Source: Candidatus Falkowbacteria bacterium (lineage in GTDB: Bacteria > Patescibacteriota > Patescibacteriia > UBA11705 > JABHMO01). Taken from it: DNA of 64,000 nucleotides. Below, piece by piece: positions 44,150 through 52,668 of the stretch (the stretch's first letter is position 1; each line of letters starts with the position of its first letter). The translations under genes were made by a program, and so were the position numbers. Under the pieces are notes generated by a model that was not told the DNA's origin, ran no database searches, and saw only the letters and a program-made list of their open reading frames with translations. The stretch lies in NCBI GenBank assembly GCA_018674305.1, contig JABHAL010000004.1, positions 128,446 through 192,445 of the forward strand, written 5' to 3'.

Positions 44150-44440
44150 TTGTACAATATTCGAATAATATTTTTTTGGGTCGCTATGGAAATTCCAATT
44201 ACAATTTTTCTTTTCATTTATTTATTATACATTCTGATATTTTTGTTTTTTAGTTTTTTCAATTTATATCACATGTTGCGATTTGGTTTCGTGAGTTTTG
44301 GGGCATATGTTATTACGATTGGCTATATTGTTGTTACGCTTTTGGCTTTATTTATTTCATATTATTATATTGCTCAGATTGATTGGGAAAATACTTTTAT
44401 TAAATTATATGGAGTCACCTCTTCTGGACAAGTGTATTAA
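44150..44440 (+). CDS. Small membrane protein, hypothetical
   Basis: 96 aa, three TM helices. Confidence 0.4.
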   Translation: MYNIRIIFFWVAMEIPITIFLFIYLLYILIFLFFSFFNLYHMLRFGFVSFGAYVITIGYIVVTLLALFISYYYIAQIDWENTFIKLYGVTSSGQVY

Positions 44441-44455
44441 TTAAATTATTTTATT

Positions 44456-45001
44456 ATGTATAGTCATAGACATTTTCCAAATCAAAAACCGAATGAACAT
44501 ATTTTAATGTTCTTGCGTAGGCATTGGCTTGAAGTGTTAAAAATAGCTTTGACTAATATTTGTTTAGCCGCTATTCCTATTATCTTTTTTGTGATTATTT
44601 ATAATTATACAAATTATTTTGAATCTGATATTATTGCAGCTTTAATAGTTTTACTTGGTAGCGCGTTTTACTTGTTTGTGATTTTATATGCATTTACAAA
44701 TTTTGTTGATTATTATTTAGATGTTTGGATTGTAACTAATCAAAGGATAATTAACATTGAACAAAAAGGATTGTTTTCTAGAATCGTTTCAGAAAAAGAT
44801 CTAGGTCAAATGCAGGATATCACTTCAGAGGTTGATGGTTTTTGGGCAACTCTTTTAAATTTTGGAAACGTACATATTCAGACTGCAGGTGAAAAAGAAA
44901 GGTTTGTTTTTAAACAAGTTCCTTTTGCTAGTGAAGTTTCTCGGCGGATAAGTAATTTGGTAGCTGAGTATAATAAAATGGAAAAAACCAAGGAAGTGTA
45001 A
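44456..45001 (+). CDS. Membrane protein with bacterial PH (bPH_2/YdbT-like) domain
   Basis: Two TM helices followed by VWIVTNQRIINIEQKGLFSRIVSEKDLGQMQDI...FGNVHIQTAGEKERFVFKQVPFASEV. Confidence 0.6.
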   Translation: MYSHRHFPNQKPNEHILMFLRRHWLEVLKIALTNICLAAIPIIFFVIIYNYTNYFESDIIAALIVLLGSAFYLFVILYAFTNFVDYYLDVWIVTNQRIINIEQKGLFSRIVSEKDLGQMQDITSEVDGFWATLLNFGNVHIQTAGEKERFVFKQVPFASEVSRRISNLVAEYNKMEKTKEV

Positions 45002-45031
45002 AATATTTAGTAACAATATATTTAAAATAAA

Positions 45032-45070
45032 AATAGGGCATACAAAGCCCTACTTTTATTTTTGTTTTTT
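45032..45070 (+). terminator. Intrinsic terminator
   Basis: TAGGGC-atacaaa-GCCCTA followed by CTTTTATTTTTGTTTTTT. Confidence 0.7.
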
Positions 45071-45600
45071 CTGAAAGTGAAGAAAGACCTTAGAGTGCAG
45101 ACTGTGAGCCATCATCAAGTTTAGAAGCTAAAAAATAGATGATTTCAAGAAACGACGATGCAGGAGTAGTTGAAAAATACTTCAATGAGGAGTGACAAAG
45201 AAATCAGTAATTTTTTTGCTTCCCTTTGGGCGGTTCAATTTGATTCCTTTTCTGCGTTGCGCGTCGCTCACGATGCATTTAGCATCACTTCACTCCTTGC
45301 GTCTTGAAAAGAAACAAAATTGGTTCCGCTAAATTGATGTTGGTTCAAAGCCTGCACTCTGAGCTGTGGAGAAAATTTTTAATTGTTAAATTAAATAAGG
45401 AACAAGAAAATTTTTAGCTGTTCTTTTGGAATCTCTCCAAAAGTGTTGATAAACGGTTTTTGCAACCGAGTTAGTTTGAACGTTTAATTGTGGGTGCCCC
45501 TCTGGGGCGTTGTTATTTATATCAGTTCAACTTTGTTTAATTAGTTGACTGGTTTATCAGTTGAGTTTTTTCAACCACTAAACCAGTGAACCAAACGAGG

Positions 45601-47229
45601 TTAATATATTTTTTCAATATCAATATTTTTGTAATAATAATTTAGAATTTCATCATAGGTCCAGTTTAATTGTTTTGCTCTTGCTTTTGCGTCGACCTGA
45701 TCAATGCCGTAGCCATGCCCCCATTTGCCATATTTTGCGCTGTACGGCGTTTTTACTGTGTTTAGATATGGAAGGTTGTTTATGTTAGTTGTCTGCCCTC
45801 CGCTCTGCGCAGAGTAATAAGCAATTATGACTTCACTATTATGAGTTAATACCACCCCCTCAGTTTCTTTTACTGCTTTCATTTGATTGGGCATTATGGA
45901 TTCAATAACATAACCTTTGTAAACTTGATCTCTTTCATCTGGGTATACATCAAAAAAACTGTCTTCTACTTCAAATTTATTTAAATGATAAAGCGCATAA
46001 GTTCGAGCAGCAATTATCATTGCTTTTTGATATTCGATAGGATCAGAGTTAGAAGTTTCCTTAATACCTTTTAAGTAACTTTCCAGAGGTAAAATTTCAA
46101 TTAACCAAGTTCTGTCCTTTGGTTCATAATAATTTAAATGTAAATCACCTGTGAATTGATTATAGTTGAGTGTTTTGTTCCAAGTCGGAATATCATCAAG
46201 GCTGGTAATCGTAAATATTCCATGATTAGAATTTCTTAAGTATAAATTAGTTTTTGTTCTTACAGTTTTATTAATAAAATCAAAAACATACTCACCTTTC
46301 GCATTTATATAATTGAATTGTAAAATAGTATCAGCTGGCACAGAGGCTAATAAAATATCATTTTCATCATAGACTTGCCAGGCTTTACTGTTTTTTATTC
46401 TAATGAAATTATCTGTATTTAAAATACCAACTTCAATGTTTGGCCCTTTTTCTTCAATATCAAATTGTTCTGCGCAGGTAACATTATCCAAACCAGCGTC
46501 TACACTAGCAATATTTAGCTTGAGTGTACAAACAGCTTTTAGTTTAGTTTCTACTGTTTCTGGTTCAGTCTGTGCTACTTCTTCTTGGGTAGTATTTTTG
46601 GCGGTTGAATAGTCTTCCGGATTGTTAACAACGTTCATAGAGATTTCTACAGTACCGCCACTGATCATTATATTATCTCTAACTAAAACAAACTTACCCA
46701 CATATTCATTTATATTTTTTGGAGCTTGTAGCGCAAATTTAAATGTTCCAGTTTCACCTGGGTTAACTTCTTCTTCTTGAAGTTGCGCGGGGTGAAAGGC
46801 GTCTGGCCAAAAGTTATGCCGAAATTTTAGGGCAGTGGACATTGATTTTAAGTAAACAGATTCTTTTGTCCAGGTAGATGTGCCCTCGTTTTTGTAACTT
46901 AAATTAAAAGTAAAAGCTTGATTGGGTTTAATATTTACCGTGTCAAGTGATTGATAAAAAAGGTTTGCTTGATTCGATAACTCTGCTGCCATAACAATTT
47001 TCAAAGCAAGCGGGTTATTGGGATTAGTAGTTGGTGTAAATAAATTTTTTTCTATTAAACGTAGACCAGAGGCCGTCGTAACTACAAGAATAAATGATAT
47101 AAAAACATAACTAAAAACATTAAGCCAGGATTTTTCATCTTGAGCTTTTTTGTATAGCTTGTTGTTTTTTATTTTTGCCTTAGCCTGGGCGTTCCAGGAA
47201 TAAGACAAGTACTTAGTATGGCAGTGCAT
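45601..47229 (-). CDS. SpoIID/LytB-domain protein (putative peptidoglycan lytic-transglycosylase / amidase enhancer) with N-terminal TM and Ig-like region
   Basis: C-terminal AYYSAQSGGQTTN...GHGYGIDQVDAKARAKQLNWTYDEILNYYYKNIDI matches SpoIID motifs. Confidence 0.7.
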   Translation of the reverse strand: MHCHTKYLSYSWNAQAKAKIKNNKLYKKAQDEKSWLNVFSYVFISFILVVTTASGLRLIEKNLFTPTTNPNNPLALKIVMAAELSNQANLFYQSLDTVNIKPNQAFTFNLSYKNEGTSTWTKESVYLKSMSTALKFRHNFWPDAFHPAQLQEEEVNPGETGTFKFALQAPKNINEYVGKFVLVRDNIMISGGTVEISMNVVNNPEDYSTAKNTTQEEVAQTEPETVETKLKAVCTLKLNIASVDAGLDNVTCAEQFDIEEKGPNIEVGILNTDNFIRIKNSKAWQVYDENDILLASVPADTILQFNYINAKGEYVFDFINKTVRTKTNLYLRNSNHGIFTITSLDDIPTWNKTLNYNQFTGDLHLNYYEPKDRTWLIEILPLESYLKGIKETSNSDPIEYQKAMIIAARTYALYHLNKFEVEDSFFDVYPDERDQVYKGYVIESIMPNQMKAVKETEGVVLTHNSEVIIAYYSAQSGGQTTNINNLPYLNTVKTPYSAKYGKWGHGYGIDQVDAKARAKQLNWTYDEILNYYYKNIDIEKIY

Positions 47230-47272
47230 ATTTATTTTTATATCTTAGCAAAAAACTTTTGTCTGGCAAAAC

Positions 47273-47416
47273 TTATCTGGCAACATTAAAAGTTTTACGG
47301 TCTAAAAACTCTGATTTTTTACCCTTGTTCCAGCGATGAACAGGACTTAAGTAGCCGACAACTCGGGTATAAACCTCACATTTTTGTCGTTTTTGTTGTT
47401 GTTTGAGTGGTGTCAT
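47273..47416 (-). pseudogene. 47-aa orphan ORF resembling the extreme C-terminus (glycyl-radical motif) of anaerobic ribonucleotide reductase NrdD; probable gene remnant
   Basis: MTPLKQQQKRQKCEVYTRVVGYLSPVHRWNKGKKSEFLDRKTF; compare E. coli NrdD ...VTRRVCGYLGSPDARPFNAGKQEEVKRR. Only one Cys and no upstream nrdD body (stops in frame upstream). Confidence 0.4.
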
Positions 47417-47683
47417 ATTTATTTTATTAATTAGTGATTAATAAGTGATAGTGGTGGGTAAAGAGTTAAATTACTCAACACTTTTAGCTTATCAATAAAA
47501 AGGAGCGCCATTCCTTTGTGGAAAGACACTCCTTGAATTCTCCTACTACTAGTATAGCAAAGATCTATTGATTTGTCAAGCTAACTTTATTGGCTAAAAT
47601 TAGTTTAATGTGTGGACTATTGAACACAAAATTTATTTACATTTTTGCCAAAAAATTAATTATTGTCTAAAATTACAACAAAG

Positions 47684-47724
47684 TGGTCCCTTCGGGACGA
47701 AAAAACCAGCGCTTTGAGCTGGTT
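47684..47724 (-). terminator. Terminator for the 47733-48047 minus-strand gene (two GC hairpins plus T-run)
   Basis: Minus sense CCAGCtcaaagcGCTGG followed by TTTTTT, then GTCCCGAAGGGAC. Confidence 0.6.
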
Positions 47725-47732
47725 GTAACTAT

Positions 47733-48047
47733 TTATTCTTTAAGCATGGTAACTTTGCCAATAAAACCGTAATTATTGGATCCAATCCAGTGGACGCGGA
47801 CTGAATTCTGGGTATCACTGTGATTAATAATATTTACATGGGAAGGCTCGATATATGCGGCCATAGCTTGTAAATTAATGCAGCAAATCGCTTCACCTAG
47901 AATCAAAGGACCCTTTTTACCACGCGGTTTGGAAATTAGCCAAAGACCGCGATTGGAACGGTCTCCCCTTTTGTGAAAAGTCTTTTCATTTTCACCTGTA
48001 GAGTAAAAACAGATTTTTTGTGAATTAACTTCAACTGTGATTTCCAT
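47733..48047 (-). CDS. Hypothetical protein (104 aa)
   Basis: ORF with its own terminator; beta-rich; no family recognised. Confidence 0.35.
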   Translation of the reverse strand: MEITVEVNSQKICFYSTGENEKTFHKRGDRSNRGLWLISKPRGKKGPLILGEAICCINLQAMAAYIEPSHVNIINHSDTQNSVRVHWIGSNNYGFIGKVTMLKE

Positions 48048-48115
48048 CTCAACCTCCTTAGAAAATGAACATTGGAATATGTTAATTTACTAAAGTTTTA
48101 ACTGATTGTCAAGTC

Positions 48116-48150
48116 GAAATAAAAACCCCGCTGTTCGCGAACAGCGGGGT
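48116..48150 (-). terminator. Strong terminator after the VIT-vWA gene
   Basis: CCCCGCTGTTCG/CGAACAGCGGGG palindrome followed by TTTTTATTT on the minus strand. Confidence 0.8.
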
Positions 48151-48157
48151 GTGTTGT

Positions 48158-50512
48158 TTATGTAGATATTGCTGTAGCCTTACCCAAGCCTTGCTCCGCT
48201 AGTGTCCATAGAGCTAAAGCCATTTCTTCAGTTGGTTGTTGAATGAGCTCACTTGGAATAGTCGTAGTGTAACCATAAGCTCGCAGTTCAACCAGTAGGT
48301 TGTACAAACTGGAAAGTTGTATTTCTGGCCAATCTGTGAATTTTTCTGTTGTTAATCCCATCTGTAAGACTATCCATAGTTTGTCAGTAACAGATCTGTC
48401 TGTGTGTTTTTCCAGTTTGGCCTTCAGGTCTTCAGCTTGTTGCAAAAGAGTGGGCTTGTCGGTTAGTTGCTGAGGTGGGGAGGGCAATTGAAGGGGATCT
48501 TCGTACTCATCCGGTAATCTCAGCTCACCACTTAAATATCGGATGTCATCGCAAAAGCTTTCAGATGCATCATCAATGGAATCAAGGGAGTGCATCTCAC
48601 CGCCACTGGGCGTAAGACCTTGTCTCTGAAGATTGACTCCACCAGAAAAGAATTTCATGTTATCAACTGTGGAGCGTCGGCTACTTAACATGCCGATCAT
48701 AGCGGCACCAGCCATACTGCGGCTACCAAAAGTAGCATCGTAATCCCAAGTATGGGGCAGTAGTACGGGAATATCAACCTTTTCCGGTTTTTCACCGGGA
48801 ATGTCTTTGTAGGACACTGCCACAAATGAGGTTGTCGGACCAATAATGCCGTAACGCAATGACAGTTCAGTTTTTGCTTTGTCATCCGTAAGTTCGCGCA
48901 TTTTCATTTTGGCCCACATCCAGGAGCCCATATCAGAAGTTGATTCTTCCGGCACAGCTAGCGGCCATTCGTGGGTTTGTCCATCAACTCCTTGACCTTG
49001 AACAATCAACCGGCGAGGTTCGAATTTTTTGCTGCGAATAGCAATTGTGGCCGGTCGGTTGCTGAATAAGCTGGTAGACCCAATCATTTCTGCGTCATCA
49101 GGTAGTTCAAGAATGCTGATGTTCTGGATCACCGGACCTGAGGCCAGGTTAGCCATTTGGTTAGCCACGGCTGTGTAGTCTTCACCGGGCAGAACACATT
49201 CATTTTGACCGTCAGATTCTTTGGCAAAGCTTTTTAAGGTATCATTATTGACGGCGCTGTCAATGCCAATAGTGTGAACGCGCACTCCAGCCTTTTTGAC
49301 GTAGGAATCATCATGAGTTTGACCATCTGAAACAGCAATGACACAGCGTTCGATATTATCGCCTCTAGCTGGAATATCAAACTGTTTCATGCATTGGGTT
49401 AGAGCTTGGCCAAGGTAAGTACTTCCACGGCTATTGAAATTTTTTAAACAAGAAAAATGTTCTTCAGTGACTTCACTTAAACGAACAAGTAGCTCAAATT
49501 GATCTTCATAATCAAAGATCATAATACCAACTTTGGTTGGCCGAGTGGAAGCTCTGAATTTTTCTAGCAGTTTTCTGGTAATGACTTTGAGACCTTCTAT
49601 TTTAGGTCCGCTCATACTACCGGAGCGATCCAGGCAAAGCATAACTTCGATTGGTGAAGTAGCAGTTTGATCCAGTCCTGCAGTTAACTGCAGCAGGGTA
49701 AACTCTTCTGTTTCCCCTTCTCCAACAGTAACGATCGTGTTATCAACTTTCAGATTGGGCTGCTTGGCCGTGGTCTTGTAAGTAATAACAATATCCCGAT
49801 CCATGCGCAGATTTTCTGCCTTGATCAGATGTGTGCCATTGCCTTCAAGTTGAGTGGCTTCAATCAGTTCTTGATGGGAAGGAGATTCAATGGTTGCCGG
49901 AAAGCCGGGAGTGAGAAAGATTTCAAGCGAAGCTTTGTAGCTGACTTCTTCAACAACCTGCGGGGTGATTTTACTGGCATCAGGAACTAAATTAGTATCC
50001 GGAGCCCAGCCGTCGCCTTGAGGTTCGCCATCTTTAGGAACTCCGGGAATAAAACGTGGCGCCACAACCAGAGGAGCACTGAATCGACCGCCATCATCCT
50101 GCCAGGAAACCGGCGCAAAATAGCGCGCAGTCACACTGATAGTTTCACCTGGTTCAATTCCTGCCACAGACATGGTAAAAATGTTCGGTCTTTCCTGCTC
50201 TAATAGAGCAGCATGATGTCCATCGTCGCGCGCTTCTTCGTATTCATCGCGTGCTTCTTGTTTGGTTCGAAGTTCAGACTCAATACGCTTGTCACCGATT
50301 TGCATGGTGACGCCAAGTACGCTGGCTTCGTCTACCAATGGAAATACATAGATTGCTTCTACTGGTTTGTCTAATTCATTGCCGTACGTTTGGCACACTT
50401 CCATTTCAGATTCTGTGCCATTGACCACACCACGAATTTCCATTTCCTTCAATGGTAGAGCGGGAATGGGTTTTCCCATTGCTTCTTCTTGCTGTTGAGT
50501 GTTTTCACTCAT
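48158..50512 (-). CDS. Cytoplasmic VIT (vault/inter-alpha-trypsin) plus von Willebrand A (vWA, MIDAS DRSGSMSG) domain protein, 784 aa; GC-rich
   Basis: N-terminal VIT-like beta region (EIRGVVNGTESEMEVCQTY...IYVFPL); vWA MIDAS motif MLCLDRSGSMSG...T..G; no signal peptide; GC ~46-48%. Confidence 0.7.
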   Translation of the reverse strand: MSENTQQQEEAMGKPIPALPLKEMEIRGVVNGTESEMEVCQTYGNELDKPVEAIYVFPLVDEASVLGVTMQIGDKRIESELRTKQEARDEYEEARDDGHHAALLEQERPNIFTMSVAGIEPGETISVTARYFAPVSWQDDGGRFSAPLVVAPRFIPGVPKDGEPQGDGWAPDTNLVPDASKITPQVVEEVSYKASLEIFLTPGFPATIESPSHQELIEATQLEGNGTHLIKAENLRMDRDIVITYKTTAKQPNLKVDNTIVTVGEGETEEFTLLQLTAGLDQTATSPIEVMLCLDRSGSMSGPKIEGLKVITRKLLEKFRASTRPTKVGIMIFDYEDQFELLVRLSEVTEEHFSCLKNFNSRGSTYLGQALTQCMKQFDIPARGDNIERCVIAVSDGQTHDDSYVKKAGVRVHTIGIDSAVNNDTLKSFAKESDGQNECVLPGEDYTAVANQMANLASGPVIQNISILELPDDAEMIGSTSLFSNRPATIAIRSKKFEPRRLIVQGQGVDGQTHEWPLAVPEESTSDMGSWMWAKMKMRELTDDKAKTELSLRYGIIGPTTSFVAVSYKDIPGEKPEKVDIPVLLPHTWDYDATFGSRSMAGAAMIGMLSSRRSTVDNMKFFSGGVNLQRQGLTPSGGEMHSLDSIDDASESFCDDIRYLSGELRLPDEYEDPLQLPSPPQQLTDKPTLLQQAEDLKAKLEKHTDRSVTDKLWIVLQMGLTTEKFTDWPEIQLSSLYNLLVELRAYGYTTTIPSELIQQPTEEMALALWTLAEQGLGKATAIST

Positions 50513-50583
50513 ATGAAACCTCCTAAATTAGGTTAAAAAGGTACAATAGCTATTGATTAGCTATATATAAACTTAGAATATTA

Positions 50584-51201
50584 TTACTCAGTTGTCAATA
50601 CTGTCTGAATCTGATTTGCTAATGCTAAAAAGTCTTGATCACTATACTTAAATTCATTATTGTCACCATCAGCAATTAAAATTGGGCAAATATCAAAATT
50701 TTCGATCCATTTTTCGTAAAGTTTGTTTAAATTAGAAATATAATCACTATTCATATGAAATTCCACATTTCGGTTTCTTTTATTAATGTTTTTTAGACAG
50801 CGTTCTGTGGAAGATTTCACATAAACGACTAGCGTTGGCGGAGTTATTGTTTTTTTAATAGCTTGATAAAGATTATTGTAATTTTGCCAATCGGTTTCAT
50901 TCAAGTGACCACTCAAATAAAGATTTTTAACAAAAATTTCAGCACCTTCATAAATACAACGATCTTGAATAGTGGAATTTTTGTTATTTAATATATTAAT
51001 ATGATCTTCTAATCTTCTACCAAGAAAAAAAGTTTCACATTTAAATGCCCACTTGGTCATGTCATTATAATAATCTTGTAAGTATGGATTTTCCTGAAAA
51101 GGCTCTTGATATAGTTCCCAATCAAAATGTTGAGCTAGTTTTTTAGAAACTGCAGTTTTGCCGGCGCCAATGTTCCCTACGATTGCAATAAAGTGTTTCA
51201 T
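50584..51201 (-). CDS. Deoxynucleoside kinase (dNK/dGK/dAK family)
   Basis: IAIVGNIGAGKTAVSKKLAQHFDW (P-loop) and ...FLGRRLEDH. Confidence 0.8.
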   Translation of the reverse strand: MKHFIAIVGNIGAGKTAVSKKLAQHFDWELYQEPFQENPYLQDYYNDMTKWAFKCETFFLGRRLEDHINILNNKNSTIQDRCIYEGAEIFVKNLYLSGHLNETDWQNYNNLYQAIKKTITPPTLVVYVKSSTERCLKNINKRNRNVEFHMNSDYISNLNKLYEKWIENFDICPILIADGDNNEFKYSDQDFLALANQIQTVLTTE

Positions 51202-51275
51202 AATATTGTCTATAGTTTAACATGTTTTCGTCGTAATAAAAAATTACATTACTAAAGTCGATTTTGTGAAAATAG

Positions 51276-52046
51276 CTATCCCTTGATTGATTTAGATTGA
51301 TTCCAAATAACCTTGAATTGAGCTTTCATCAGTTCAGCTAGTTCATGACTTTCTACCAAAAATCCAAAGTGATCTTTAGTTAAGGAAATAAATCGAACGG
51401 TATCTTTGTAAACTGCATAGCCAAATTTAAAATCCATTTCCTTCGGGGCAATTTTGACTTCACGTAAGTAATTTTCTCCCACATTAAGAAATTCGTACTG
51501 CTGAGCATCTTTTATTTCTGATTCTGGACGTAAAACTTCAACTTTTATATTGCGAGCAATTCGTTCTTTATGATACTTTTCCATAAATTCAATTTCAAAC
51601 ATTTCTATTACTTCTTTATCTGGCCAGTAAATTTGGACTGAGATGTCTCGGTATAAAAGAACATCTTTAATCATTTGTTGCATTTCTCTTTGACCTTCAA
51701 ACATTAGCAAAGAAGGTTTTTTTTGTTTACCTTTTTCTTGGTAGCTTTTTTTAAATTCAGTTAAATTTGATTGTGCCAATTCAAGCTGCTCTTTTTTTTC
51801 TTGCAAAAGGAGTTCAACTTTTTCTGGGGGCTCAACAGCAAACATTTTTACACCTAAATGTCTGGTTTCGTTGATTAAGCCAGTTTCAATCAGCTTTTTT
51901 AATAAGTCATAAACGGCCGTTCGACTAAATTTGGCTTTATTGGCCAATTGACTGGCACTAAGAGTTCCGCCATGGAGAAGTGTTTCGTACAGATGAAGTT
52001 CAACATCACGCAGATTAAAGAGAGAGAAAAGTTGTTTTAATTTCAT
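51276..52046 (-). CDS. TrmB-family transcriptional regulator (N-terminal wHTH)
   Basis: LHLYETLLHGGTLSASQLANKAKFSRTAVYDLLKKLIETGLINE. Confidence 0.6.
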   Translation of the reverse strand: MKLKQLFSLFNLRDVELHLYETLLHGGTLSASQLANKAKFSRTAVYDLLKKLIETGLINETRHLGVKMFAVEPPEKVELLLQEKKEQLELAQSNLTEFKKSYQEKGKQKKPSLLMFEGQREMQQMIKDVLLYRDISVQIYWPDKEVIEMFEIEFMEKYHKERIARNIKVEVLRPESEIKDAQQYEFLNVGENYLREVKIAPKEMDFKFGYAVYKDTVRFISLTKDHFGFLVESHELAELMKAQFKVIWNQSKSIKG

Positions 52047-52240
52047 ATTTTTTAATTTAATTATGAATATTTGACGTAGGGACTGGATATTATTCAGTCC
52101 TTAACATAATAATTTTACATGAAATGTAAACATTTGTCAAATATTCACGACAGTATTAACAGGCGAGATAACTAGGCGTACAATGAAATTACAATCGAAA
52201 AGATTGAACATTAACAATCAAAAATATTGAGGAGATAATC

Positions 52241-52570
52241 ATGAGTGATAATAATATCATTGAATTCCCTAGTCAAGAAGAGGAAGCGCCGTTTGCGGTT
52301 TGTACAGATTGTAAGCATTTTCAGAATGCCGAGTTTCATTCACCAAGAAGAGATTGTTGGTACAATCATTTTTGTCTGGTACAGGATTTGCCTACCGCCA
52401 GAGATCCGTATGATGGTAAAGTTAAGTCATATAAAGTTGGATTTGGTGGGCAGAAAGTATTTTCATATCAGCAACATCCAAATTGTCATGACGTAAATAA
52501 TGATGGGCGTTGCGAATATTTTGAATCACGTCAAAACTTTTGGCGATGGTTGTACGCTGATGCTGAGTAG
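52241..52570 (+). CDS. Cys/His-rich small protein, putative metal-binding, hypothetical
   Basis: CTDCKHF...RRDCWYNHFC...HPNCHDVNNDGRCEYF; RBS GAGGAGATAAtcATG. Confidence 0.45.
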   Translation: MSDNNIIEFPSQEEEAPFAVCTDCKHFQNAEFHSPRRDCWYNHFCLVQDLPTARDPYDGKVKSYKVGFGGQKVFSYQQHPNCHDVNNDGRCEYFESRQNFWRWLYADAE

Positions 52571-52580
52571 GGAGGGTTTT

Positions 52581-52646
52581 ATGAAGGAATTTATATTGCT
52601 AGTTCTCGGCTTGTTGTTTTGCTATGGATGCATGTATAAAATTTGA
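52581..52646 (+). CDS. Candidate 21-aa micro-ORF with lipoprotein-like signal (MKEFILLVLGLLFCYGCMYKI)
   Basis: Strong SD GGGAGGG 6 nt upstream; hydrophobic peptide with Cys; lies between the Cys-rich gene and flotillin-2. Speculative. Confidence 0.25.
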   Translation: MKEFILLVLGLLFCYGCMYKI

Positions 52647-52668
52647 ACTTTGCTGAAAGGAGAAGGTT

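Noticed and set aside
45064-45600. Long noncoding region as RNase P RNA, tmRNA or SRP RNA
   Set aside because: Looked for GGAAAGUCCGG (P4), the tRNA-like GGUUCGA...CCACCA end with an ANDENYALAA-type tag frame, and the SRP GGUGCUGUUUACC / GAAGGAAGCAGCC motifs on both strands and found none. Retained only as an unclassified candidate.
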